49,424 nt of DNA, from contig CAJINV010000003.1 in the NCBI GenBank assembly GCA_905178155.1, forward strand, positions 8,108,245 to 8,157,668, read 5' to 3'. Within the stretch, counting starts at the first letter, position 1. The number at the start of each line of letters is the position of its first letter. This document shows positions 11,872 through 23,326 of the stretch, piece by piece. Made by a program: the position numbers and the translations under genes. A model generated the notes under the pieces. That model was not told the DNA's origin. It ran no database searches and worked only from the letters and a program-made list of their open reading frames with translations. The stretch comes from Amoebophrya sp. A120 (taxonomy: Eukaryota; Protista; Dinoflagellata).

Positions 11872-14800
11872 ATGAGTTACGACCGAGGCTTCTACCTGCT
11901 GGGCGAGAAATGGTGGTGGCGCAACCCATGGACGGTGGGCCTGCAGTCCTTCCTCGGGGAGCAGCCGTGGCCAGCCACCCAGCTAAGCCTCTCCGACTTG
12001 CTGTGGTACGAGCTCTATTGGCTGGGCGTCACCTTCGCGCTTTTTGCGGTGCTCCTGCTCCTCATTCACTGGGCACTGTATGGCCACGGTATCACAGCCC
12101 GACCACTAGACGAGCAAAGTGCCGAACACAGCGGGCGCGAGACGTTTCTTTCGGACAACGAGCAGCAGATCCTACCAGCGTACCCAGTGGTGGAGCAGCA
12201 GAGTCCGCGCCCCAGTGGTGGAGAGGTAAAAAAGAACCGAAAAACCTCCGATGAAAGCGAAGACGGCGACGTACAAACGCCGACCAGTTCGGAAGACGGC
12301 GAGGACGGTAAGAACACTACAAAGACCACTTCTAGAAATAATGCACGAGGTGGCCCCGCCCGGACCAGCTCCTGTTTGCGGACGCTAGGGCAGTGTGTGT
12401 TTTTGCGCCCGAGTATCAAATGTAAAAATGTCTGGGTCTGGAAGCGTGTAAACTTGTGATGCAGATTTTCCATGACCAATGAGGTCTGGAATGCGGGACT
12501 TAGCATGACAGACTCTGCGAGGTCTCCGCCATGCCTATCCTGCATGAGAAACTCTCTCCTAACTTGGTCGAAAGTGGACAGCTTTTGGCACTCATGCAAT
12601 ACAGATTTTTGTATGCTTTAGATTTACCATGACAAGTTACCACCTTCCAGACCCAGACATATTTGCAATCCATACCGAGTGTGCACGAGCGAAACTGGGC
12701 CACCGGCACGCTCCTCGTCGTCACGGTCGGGTTGCTGTTCGCGAATCTGTGTGTGTATTTCATGCTGTCGGAACAGAGCGCCCTCTCCCGGGAGACGTTC
12801 TTAGACATGATGCACAAACTGGAAGATCTGGGCCGCGCCACCTGGCCGCGGGTGAGCAAAGACGACTCCCCGGCGACCTGGTTTGACCTCGCCGAACAGA
12901 AACTGACGGACATGGGCGATGTCGATGTGGCCAAAGTGAATGTGGCCAGTCGCTACGTGGCGGCTCAACTGCGGTCCCTGCCGCCACAGAAGGTGGACGT
13001 GAGTGCCATTCCCATTTTCCAGCCCAACGACGGCGAGACGGAGCCGCTCACGCTGGTGCGGGACTTTGCGTGGGTGTCTTCGCAAACGGTGCGCGGGGTG
13101 TTCGTTCGGCAAAACGACGGCACCGAGGGTTTGGTTTCGCACTCCTCAATTCTGCAGCAAATGCTCAAGGAGTGGATTCAGCGCCGGATGGACGGTGCCC
13201 GCGTACTCGAGATGTATCTGAGCAGCAACTGGTGCGACTCCGACTGGGCACCGCGCCGGCAGGGGCCTTGCGGAGGCGGGTTACCGCCGCCGCCGCCCGC
13301 ACAAGAAACGGCGGCTCCGAAGACGGCACCACGAGCACCGGAAGCCCAGCCGAAAATTCCGACCATCGACGAGATTCGAGCGAAGCGTACCGGCGTGGTG
13401 GGGGTAGAGCTCCCCGACGAGCGGGGCCCCCGCGAGAATCTGCACTACCACCAGAGTACCCCACAGGAAAAAGCAGGCCGGGCATGCTTGTTTATGCAAA
13501 AGTATCTACATGATCACAGAGAAATCCGCAATAGGCGACACTATTTGAGCATGCTGTTTGCGATATGCGATGCAGATTTTTCGACGTATTTGTTTTTGTA
13601 TGCTACTAAAGAATCCGTCCTGCCTGCTTTTTTCTGTCGTATACAGACCACGTCGAAGACGATTTCAGGTGCGTCAAACCAGTGGCTGGACGAGTCGGCC
13701 TGGGTCACGGCGGCCGGGAAAGGACAGACCGACGTGGTGACCGCCGACGACCCGCAGCTTCCGGCCCGGCTGCGACAACAGTGGCTCGGGTACTTCGTCG
13801 CGGTGCAGAACGGGAACTTTATGTCCAACAACCCGTTGCAAAACGCCCCCGCGACGGCAATACGGGTGGACTTGTTTTCGTACCGCGGCATGAGCCCCGA
13901 GAACCTGTACGAGCTCTGCCTGGATGCCTTCGAGGATGCGGTGCGAGCCGCGCTCATCAGCATCCGTGCTGTGCCCGGGTCCCAACCCTGGAGCTTGACG
14001 GACTCGGACTTCCTGGACAAGGTGCACGACAGCAACGCCTGGACATTTGTGTGGCTCAAAGAGAGAGGCGAATACGTCAAGTGCGTCATAAAAGCGGACA
14101 AAGACGACCCGTTCCAGGTCCCGGCGCTTCCCCCCAAGAACGGGGAGATGGCTTCGTTCCTGCAAAGGCATTCCAATGCCAATTCTGGTACAACTCCACC
14201 GGCGGACGATTTTGAGTTTCACACTACTCCAGATGCACCAGAGGCTGAGACTGCTACTGAACTGAACCCCGATGGTGCCGGCGCCCAGTCGAGAAGAAGA
14301 AGAAAGAACGAGGCGGGCTTTTTGTCTCCCGATATACCTGAAATGGTGGACGACGACGTGGCGAACGCGGGAGTGACGGAGGAGGGCGCGGTCGACGTAA
14401 ACGTCGCTGGATCAACACCTAGTGCCTCAGCAGCTGAGCAGCAGATGAGAAATAATAGGATCACCTCCTCCACCTCCAGTGTCCTCGCTGCCGGATTCCG
14501 GTCTCGCGCAACCGCAGCGCAGGCAAAGGTCGGTAGGGAGTCCCTCCTGCAGCTGCCGGACGATGAAGAGGACCCGGAATTTGACGGGTCGCTGAACTCC
14601 TCCGAACCGCCGCCGGGCTGCGTCGCGTGGTGGCTGAACGTGGACCCGAAGCCGGTGGCGCTGCAGCTGCTCGCGCAGTCCCGGTTTTGCCAGGAGGACC
14701 CGGACAACGTGGTGATTCCTGTCGACCACCGCGTGGTGGTTTCGCGGTTCGAGCTCGACCTGTACATGCTGCGGCAGAAGTACCGCCGCTTTTTTCTGGG

Positions 14801-17800
14801 TGCCACCGAGGACAACTCTGCCCGCGTGAGCCGCCCCACGTGGGACTCTCTTTTCTCCCTGCGGCTGGTCTGGAAGTGGCTGCACCTGGTCACCTTCGCC
14901 GTACTGGCACTCCGCTTCCTCGTGCGCCTGCTCACCGCCTACCACGTAGACCCGGAGGTGTACCCCAAGGGCGCCTGCAGCTACTTTCTGAAGCACTGGA
15001 CCGCGTGGCTGGAGCTGCTGTTGGTCCTCCCGGGGGTGTTTTTCACGTACTTGGCGCTGCACCGGACCGCCGAGGACTTCTACGGGAGCCACCTCATCTA
15101 CGGCACCAAGGAGATCATGCCGGGGTACTTTCTCTTTCTCGCGTTCGACGTGGCCGACTGCTATCTCGTGCTGCGTCGCCACAGCGCGAAGCTCCTGCTG
15201 CGCGTGTACGTCATCATTGCCCGGCCCTACGCGTACGCGCTGCTGCTGATGCTTGGCGCGTGGGTCACCATCGGGGGCGGGTATTGGCTGACCCCGGTGA
15301 ACCGGGAGATGCTCCCGGGCATCGGCAACGACCAGGAAAACGGGTCGGGGCTCCAGCCCTCCAAGGAGGCGGCCAACCTCCGGGAGACCGCGTTCTCGTC
15401 CATCGGGGACGCCATGTACCACGTCTTCGTCAACTTCAACGGGGAATTCCCGCTCGGCACCGACCACCTGACCTTCTGGAGTCGGTTCTGGGCCCTGATG
15501 AGCGTGTTCGTCGGCGTTTTAATTCTCACGATTCCCGTCGGCATCTTCAGCAAGGCGCTGCAAGAAACGCTCGAGGAGACGCAAGCAGATCAACTGCGAC
15601 AAAGCCTGGAGGACGAAGAGCAATCCGCCCGGGCAGCTGCTAACCGGGAAAGCAAAAGTACAACCAGAAGCAGCAAGGTGGAGCCAACGGATCGTGCAAG
15701 CTCGAGCGCGCGGGGCAGTATTAAGTCATCTTCTTCACGACCACGCGAAAGGGAGAGTTTCCTCAAGTACGATTTGGAAAATGATGAAGCTGAACTGTTG
15801 TCCGATGTCGATTTGGAGTCCCAAGCTGGCGTGGATCCCAGCAATAAACCGGCGACCGGTAGCAAGCGTGGGATGTTTAAGCGCATGGAAACCGAGACGA
15901 TTCTGGACCAGCAGGAGCGGCTTGACGAACTGGACAAGCAGCGGGAGCACGTTGGCCTCTCGGATCCGCTGGAAGACGATTTTATCGACGGAATCGAGTT
16001 TCGCCCTGGTTTCTGGAAGCTGCTGGTACAATTGCCGATTCTGCATGGTTTTTTATTGAGTTTTTATTTCCGTGGAGATTCTTGATACATAGCATGTCTT
16101 TTGAAAATCTTTTGCAGTGTTGATGAGCCTTCGACGCGTACTGCTGTTGCGTTCGTGGTTTCCGCTAAAGTCGAACTTTACGTACTTGATTATTACCTAC
16201 GGGTCCAGCTCGAGCTGTTCGTCCCGTTTTTTTACTTCTCATGCCCGGCGCCGCGAGCGCTCCTACGGACACAGTGGAAGCATATTGATAATTGGCTTCC
16301 GAAGGAACGTCGGGAATGTAAGTCAGTATCAATCTCTGTGACAACATTCATTACTTGTCTCACAACGAACTAAACAGGGGAGCCTACTGATTCGGCGCAG
16401 TTGTTTGTACGCAAGCGCCTCGGTGGGAATGTGCTCCATCCTGGTCTACATTGTGTTTGACTACTACCAGGGTTACGCCCTCTTCGTGTACGACCAGGAC
16501 ACCTCGGTGGCGTTCCAGCCGTGCAGCTACTGGGACTGGAATTACTTGTGCGGGCGCATCGACCGGAGCCAGCGGTACTCCACGTTCAGCGTGACGGCGA
16601 CCTCCAGTGCGACGACGCCGCTAGATTTGACCGGCGCGCCCGGGCGAGAGGAAGCAGACGAGAGCCCCAACTACCTGCACGGCGACTACTACGTTGCGTT
16701 TAACACCCTGCTGGTTCTAGAAACGGTGTGCATGCTCTTTTTTCTCCTCGAGTACCTCGTCCGCCTGGTGGACAACAACTGGCACGAGCGGTGGATCAGT
16801 CACAAGGTGCAGCGCCGGATCGGAGCAAAAAAAATCCGGTACGAGATTGACACCAGTCGTCCCTACCCCTTCACCGTTTGGTATGAGAGTGTCAGGATCG
16901 AAATCGACAAAATCGACCAATTTGTAATGCATAAAACGTAGGGCACGTAAGGCCTGTGTTAGGGAGCAGGCAAATGAGGCCGATTGCAAGCCTGTTTAGG
17001 GGTATGGAATGTGCTGCCAGAGTAGCATGAGAGGAGCCGTCTTCTTTGCCCAAACAGCATGACAGACTGGATTTTGGTGCTCCCGAAATTTGTCATGGGC
17101 CACTTGGAAACTGCGGCCCCACCTGGTATCGATTTTATGCATCACAAAGTATTTCGATTTTGTCGATTTCGATCCTGACAGTTCCATATCTGGGGAATCG
17201 TGGACCTTATTGCCTGGCTGCCCTCCTGCGTCATGCTCATCATCTTCGCCTACCAGTCCACTCTCGACAACAAGTGCGACACCGACGGCCACAAGTACGG
17301 CTGCATAGATCTCACGCAAGACTGGTACGAATTATGCAGTGATTACTTTATTTTGATTGAATACAACGACTACGTAGTTTTCCACCTGTGTAACATGAAC
17401 AAGAACTCAGTTGACGTTAATATTACTGTTGGGCACTGTGTTCAAGATACAGATAGATGATCGCGCATTCCCAGATGCACTATTGATTGATATGCCCCCC
17501 ATGCTCGGTCGCAGGTTTATCCGAAATCTTGCATGCAAATCCCTCGTTTCCACACTAGGATGAGATCGCCCCCATTGATTCACACTAGGAGATGATCGCC
17601 CCCATTGATTCCAAGCGACGGATCAGCCCCTGACAAATTACCCCAGTGCTCTTCGGAGCCCGGTCCTTCGGGACATATCGGCTACAGCGTGGTAGTTGAT
17701 AGGTGAAATGTCGGGCCCTCACACGGATTCGCGCTCTTAACATGAGAGATTTCGCAAGTTTTCGCTCGTGTTATAGCATAAGGCCGTGCAGTGTATATTG

Positions 17801-20800
17801 ATTGATTGATTGATCACTGGGAGGTTGTTATTTACTGTTCCGGGGGAATTTCTTTATCTTTTTTCCATATACAATACAGGATCTGGAACGTGTATTGGTT
17901 CGTGTGTTTCCGGGCCCTGAAAATGGAGCGGTTGCTGCATGGGTTTTCCAGTATCCGCAAAATCCTGGGGCAAGCGCTGGGACTGTACGAGTTTTTTCTG
18001 GTGGTGATCTTCAGCCTGATGCTCACTCTGAGCGTCGTTCTCCACATCACGGAAGTGAATAACCCGGACAACGAAATGCGGCGACAAGTCTGGTCGTTTC
18101 CTCGATCGCTGTGGGCGGTGGTCCTGACGGTAAACGGCGAGTCGCCGTGGTCCGACTACACGTACAAGGGTCGCGTGGTTCATGTGTACATGATGCTCCT
18201 GGCCGTCCCGTTTTTTGCCGTTCCCTGCGGGTTGTTCGCCAACGCATACCACAAATACCTGGGCCAGATCCAGAACCCGCCGCCGCCCAAGCCGGAGGGT
18301 GGAGACCACGCGGGCAACTCGGAGGACGGCGACAGCGACAGCGACGACTTCCTTGACCACGTGGGCGCCGGCGCGCCCAGCAAGAACAACGACTCGTCGC
18401 CAGACGGGGGCAACAAGCATATCGACGACCCTCTGGACTATGAGGATTTCCTCGCCGACGACGAAACGAAGAAGTCCGGCAAGCAGCTGAGCCGCGCACC
18501 GCAGACCGGGCTGTCGTCTGTGCGGCGCGCGTTCTCGAGTCTGTCGAAGCGCACGCAGACGCAAACCAGTTTCTCCGCGTCATCGGAGCTGGACTCGGAT
18601 CACCGGCGCGGGGGGGAGAACAAGCGCGACCGTGCCGCGTTCATGCGCGGTAAGACATTCGAATCGGTGAAAGAGGAGCCGATCTCGCGAACCGCAACCT
18701 CGGCCAGCAGCAATGTTGACGCGGAGCGGCACGAAAAGAAGGAGCTCTACAGCCGGCGCTCCGCCGGGCACGCCACGCCGCCGGCCTCTACCTTGGAGCC
18801 GGACGGGTGGGTGCACGCGCAAGATGAAAATGGCGAGGAGGGGAGTCCTCTGCTACTGGACGAACAACTCGAGCCTGGTGGTCCAGTGGCCACGACTCTG
18901 CGCAACCGGAAGAGCGTAACAGAACAACCCGTGAAGGGAATCATAAGAGCGGACGGAACAAAGTCGAAAATGTTTGTGCGAAAGAAAACTGCGCAGCTGG
19001 CCATGAGTGTTGCCTCCGAGGATCTGTACGTGCCGGCGCCCCTGTCCCGGTCCTCGCAGGGCAGCGCGTTTGCTGCGGAGGTGACCGTGGAAGACCTGTG
19101 TCAGGACTGGAAGGGCTGCTTTCCAAGTGATAGCGCCACGGTGGTGGAACAAAGACACAACGACGACGAAATCAAGACCGGCGCAACTTCTACGACAACC
19201 GGAGCGCCGCCCTCCTCCTCCTCCCCCCTGGCGATGGGGCTGCGACGCCGCATGCTCGAAGAGGAGCAGCGGCGCGAGCGCATTTACCCGGCCGCAAGCG
19301 AAGAGTGGGCGGGGGTGCATCGTGTCATTTGGTCACCAGATCACGTGTTGTTGGCCAGTCCGGCGGAGCGGTTTTGGGCGAAGCTGCGCAAAACCCTCAC
19401 GATGCTGCTGTTACCTCTGTTGTTCTTCAACACCGTGTACTACTCCACGCACCACTTTTGCGCGCTGCACAATTTCCAGCAGCTCGAGGACTGGCGAGCG
19501 TACCTCGAAGACCGGCTGCGGCGGCTGGGCATGCGGTCCGCCGCGGGCGAACGTATCGACAAAACCGAGCACGGTACCACCCTCATGGTCCTGAGCTACC
19601 ACAACAACTTGCGAATGAAGATCACGCTCACCCCCCAACCGGACGCGCAGGAGTGGACTGTGACTCAAGAGACTGAGCAGGCGCTGTACTACCCCGACGC
19701 GGCCTTCGCGCAGCCGGAACTCGATCCGGATACGGGCGGCGTGGTCCCCCCACCGCCCCGGCTGTTTCGCGCCTTCCCTGCGTCCTACGAGACGCAGTAC
19801 CGGCCGCCCGATCACAGCTTCCTGCAGCGCTATCTCGTGCGGTACTTCGTCAGCAAGCGGCAGCTGCTGGTGGCCTGCAGCGCGGACGACAGTGGGGACG
19901 ACAACGACTCCGACGACCCCGAGACGGGGCCGGCGGACACCGACCACACCCACCTGACGGTGCCGGTTTGGGTTTCCTTCCTGTCCGCGGACCAGGTGGA
20001 GCGGAAGCGGGCCGCGGACTTCCCGCAGAGTCCGCAAGATTTTCTGGACTGGATCGAGCAGGAGGCCGAGAAGCTTTGCAAGCAGATCTCCCAGGAGTAC
20101 AACGCGGACGACGTGACGCGGTCGGACGCCACCAACGCGGACAGCCTGGCGGCCGAGAGCTTCGACGCAGTGCGAAACGACGCCGCCCGCGAGTGGCCCG
20201 ACCGCCAGAAGTTCTACGGCGGGCGGCTGGTGAGCCGGGAGCAGGCGCTGCACGAGATGGACGCCTACATTGCGGGGTACGAGGCCTTTCTCGGCATTGG
20301 TGGCTCGTCCGACACCGCCGCGCCGGGCTACCAGCTGCCGGCGCCGGGTGTGCTGGAGCGGCTCCGAGTGGGGCTTTTCGGGCAGGACTACGAGCACTTG
20401 CCGAACTGGTTGTACGCGGTCGACTTGCTGATATTCGGGGTTTTTCTCATCGACTACATGTTGATCCTTCTGTCGTCCGCGAAGAAAACCTGGTATCTCA
20501 GCGGGGTCGCCGGGATCTGCCACCTCTCCGGGCTGGTCGGCCTCGCCATGACTCTGGTCATCCGCTTCGTTGCGGAACACGACGAGTTTTTCAACGTGTA
20601 CGCAGACTTGATCTACTCGGCACCCGGCACCGCCGCACGGTACGCGATGCTGACCGCGCTGTCGCTCCGCATGTGCATGGTCGGCTACCTCGACAATTTG
20701 TATCCCAGCATCCGTATGGTCTACGACAGTGTCGTCAGGTACGCCAGATGATCGAGTTCATAAAGTTTCGTCAATTTTTTGAATTTGTGATGTAAGGTTA

Positions 20801-23326
20801 TTGGCTCCAATGTCAAATTCCAATTTTTTTTACTTACTTGAAAGGGAATAAATTCAGTAGATGCAGCAGAGAAAAGAGAGGCAAGTACGCGAATAATCAT
20901 CGAGTTGTCTTCAATATGGTTGTTTCTATGTTGTTGTCACACGGAACAAGAAACTAGGAAGAGATCATGCGCTTTTTGGAACATTCTGAAATTGTAAGAG
21001 CCCCGCCGTAAGTGAGGAACTGCTTTCGTAAAGAGCTGCAAAACATCGGCGAGAAATAAAAAACAGGTATAAGCGCGAAATGATGCAGGCAAGCTACATC
21101 GTGCTGATTGTGTGGCTGTTTGCGAGTGCCTTGTTTCACCTGTCGGAGCGGGACAACTTTGGGACGCAGAAGGACCCGGGAAAAATGTCAACGTGGCGCA
21201 CCATCGAGGGCCTAGACAGCGAGGGGCACTGGCGCACGCTGCTGCGCCCCGTGAACTACTCCCGGTTTTACACCATTTTAAACTCCTTTCAATACATCAT
21301 GATCCATCTAACCGGCGACTACCCCATCACAGAATACACAAACGTTGGCCGTATCCTGCATTTCATTCTCATGGCTGCGGCGGCGGGTTTTTTGGCGGTT
21401 CCGACGGGTCTCTTCGTTGCGGTCTACGCACAGCAACTCAAACTCACGCGGGCCGCAACCATGCATCTGGCGCGGCGATTTGCGGCCGTTCGTGTGCAGA
21501 GGCATTTCCGGGGCGTTTTGGCGCGAATAAGGTTTCGCAAACTTATCCAAGCTGCGCGGGAAAACAAGGACCTGGTGCAGTCCGCACAGCCGACATGTTT
21601 TGAGAAGTACGCTACAAGATTTTCAGTTCTTCCTCTGGTTTGATTTCAATTTGGTAGTCCAGCACCTTTGGGCGGTTTGTTGTACCAACTTTCGTGCTGT
21701 CACTGCTTGAAAATATACTTGATGCATACAATGGCACTCCTCATGAAGTTGAAGTCCGACTTCTGCTCCGATCATTAGTATGAAAAACGAAACCAGGTTT
21801 TCCGATTGGTGTCTGTCACTGGTGTCGACTCGGCCTTGGCAGGTAACACGTTTCGGATATTATTTCCAATGGTTCATGATTGTGATCCATGGAACCGCGG
21901 CCCTGCTTGGAATTGTCCTGTCGACGCGGATCCTTCAGTGGGTCGACCCCGATGATCACGGCTCGTTCCGGCAGACGGCTCAGGGGTATGCAAGAGAAAA
22001 ACTGTGTAAGTGTAAGTCTGTGATGCAAAGCATGCAACATTGTTACACTTGTCATGCTAGGCAACCATGAAGTCCTATTTCATTTCTGTTTTCACTTACT
22101 TACTAGCAGCTGCGCATGACAGGCTTTGTCTGTCATGCAGAACAGATTTGTCATGCCGTCACCCTAAGACACTGACACCTACACTAACACAGTTTTTTTG
22201 TTGGATAAGAGTTTGTGGGGGTTGAGTCTCGTGTGCCAATGCTTTTTCCTCGTTGAGTACCTCCTCCGACTCGTCGCGGCGCGCTCCATGCCCCAGCTGA
22301 ATTTCTCGCCCTGGCGAATGTTCAAAAAAGTGGCCAGCCTGCTGGATCTCGGCCTGATCGTCACGTGGGTTGCTTGCAACCTCGCGGTGTACGCAGCTGT
22401 CCGCAACTACGACAGCAACACCACCCTCGCGGGGCCGCCGTTCATGAAGCCCACGAAAAACGTGGTGGGACCGAGTCGCGGTGAGCCCTCCGTGCCCGTC
22501 GAGGACTGGATGGAGGCTGTCATATGGGTACTATACAATGCGTAGTTTATTAGTACTTCTACTAGGCAGTGACCTGCTGTTCATCAACATCTTCGCTGAA
22601 AATGGTTGTCCTTTAGAACTTTTCTCAGGCAGGATGTAATTATACTTTTGCGACCGCATGGATCGATTGTCCTTTGTGGGATTTGAATATACAACAATTC
22701 TGTCTTTGAGTTGTTTCAAAAATACACAACAGGATCGAGTTCCTAACTTTCTACTTGCGCTTCACATTTGGCGACTTTTGCACGCGTTATTTTTCGCGGA
22801 CTGGTCACTGCACGTGAGCGGGCATCTCGCAACCCAGCAATTGATGGCGAACGCGGGCATTTTGGCTTTGTTTGTGTTTCTGATTGGGGGTACGCTGTGG
22901 TGGTTGTGCGAGCGGCAGTTCCAGAATGAGTTTGACAGCCTGTGGAGCGGGATCTATGGCGGGAGCATCTTCCTGTTGTCCGAGTGGTTCGTGTGTGACT
23001 TCCAGGTACCGGGCAAGATTTTGTGCATTTTTTACTGCGTCGCAGGCGTGGGCATGTTCGGGATTGCCACCGGCGCCATTTACGACGGCCTGGGCGAGGG
23101 ACTAAACCACTTCGTCAAGTACCGTCAACACGTCACGTGGAGTATGCTCAAGGAGGACTTCCACGACCGAGAGATGGAAGCCCGGCAGCAGGCGCGAGAG
23201 ATCCTGGACGACTACTACCAAATCGCCCCGCCGGGCGAGCGGGTGCGGGTGACGCACTTGCTCCTGCCGGGCGGCCGCCGCTCTGTCCCATCCGGGCGGT
23301 ATAATAATTCCAGGAGTAGTGAATGA
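11872..23326 (+). CDS. Large four-repeat ion transport (voltage-gated-like superfamily) protein with IQ motif, ~3006 aa, 9 inferred exons
   Basis: Exons ~11872-12413, 12680-16025, 16378-16881, 17194-17324, 17880-20738, 21067-21606, 21797-21985, 22212-22527, 22733-23326, all frame-consistent. Pore loops NFNGEFP, TVNGESPW, HLTGDYP, FLLSEW, each followed by an S6-like helix; S2 FFLxEYLxRL; S3 IVDLIAWLP; IQ-like VQRHFRGVLAR. Confidence 0.8.
12414..12674 (+). mobile_element. Introner element family A (261 bp), non-canonical intron
   Basis: TIR TATCAAATGTAAAAATGTCTGGGTCTGGAAG ... CTTCCAGACCCAGACATATTTGCAATCCATA; TSD CCGAG; removing 266 nt gives FLRPSVHERNW. Confidence 0.93.
16882..17188. mobile_element. 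Introner element family B (307 bp, ~55-nt TIR), non-canonical intron
   Basis: TGTCAGGATCGAAATCGACAAAATCGA inverted at both ends; flanks TTTGG/TCTGG; removing 312 nt gives YPFTVWGIVDLIAWLP. Confidence 0.92.
21987..22207. mobile_element. Introner element family C (221 bp); intron 21986-22211 reads GT-AG
   Basis: TIR TATGCAAGAGAAAAACTGTGTAAGTGTA / TACACTAACACAGTTTTTTTGTTGGATA; flanks AGGGG/AGAGT; removing 226 nt restores frame. Confidence 0.88.

Noticed and set aside
17549-17612. ~32-nt tandem duplication in an intron
   Set aside because: Two copies only; ordinary local duplication
17447-17879. ATACAG direct repeat as intron boundary
   Set aside because: 427-nt spacing breaks the frame; GT-AG intron 17325-17879 fits
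13541-20580. Long minus-strand and alternative-frame ORFs over the channel gene
   Set aside because: Shadow ORFs of GC-rich coding sequence with no motifs
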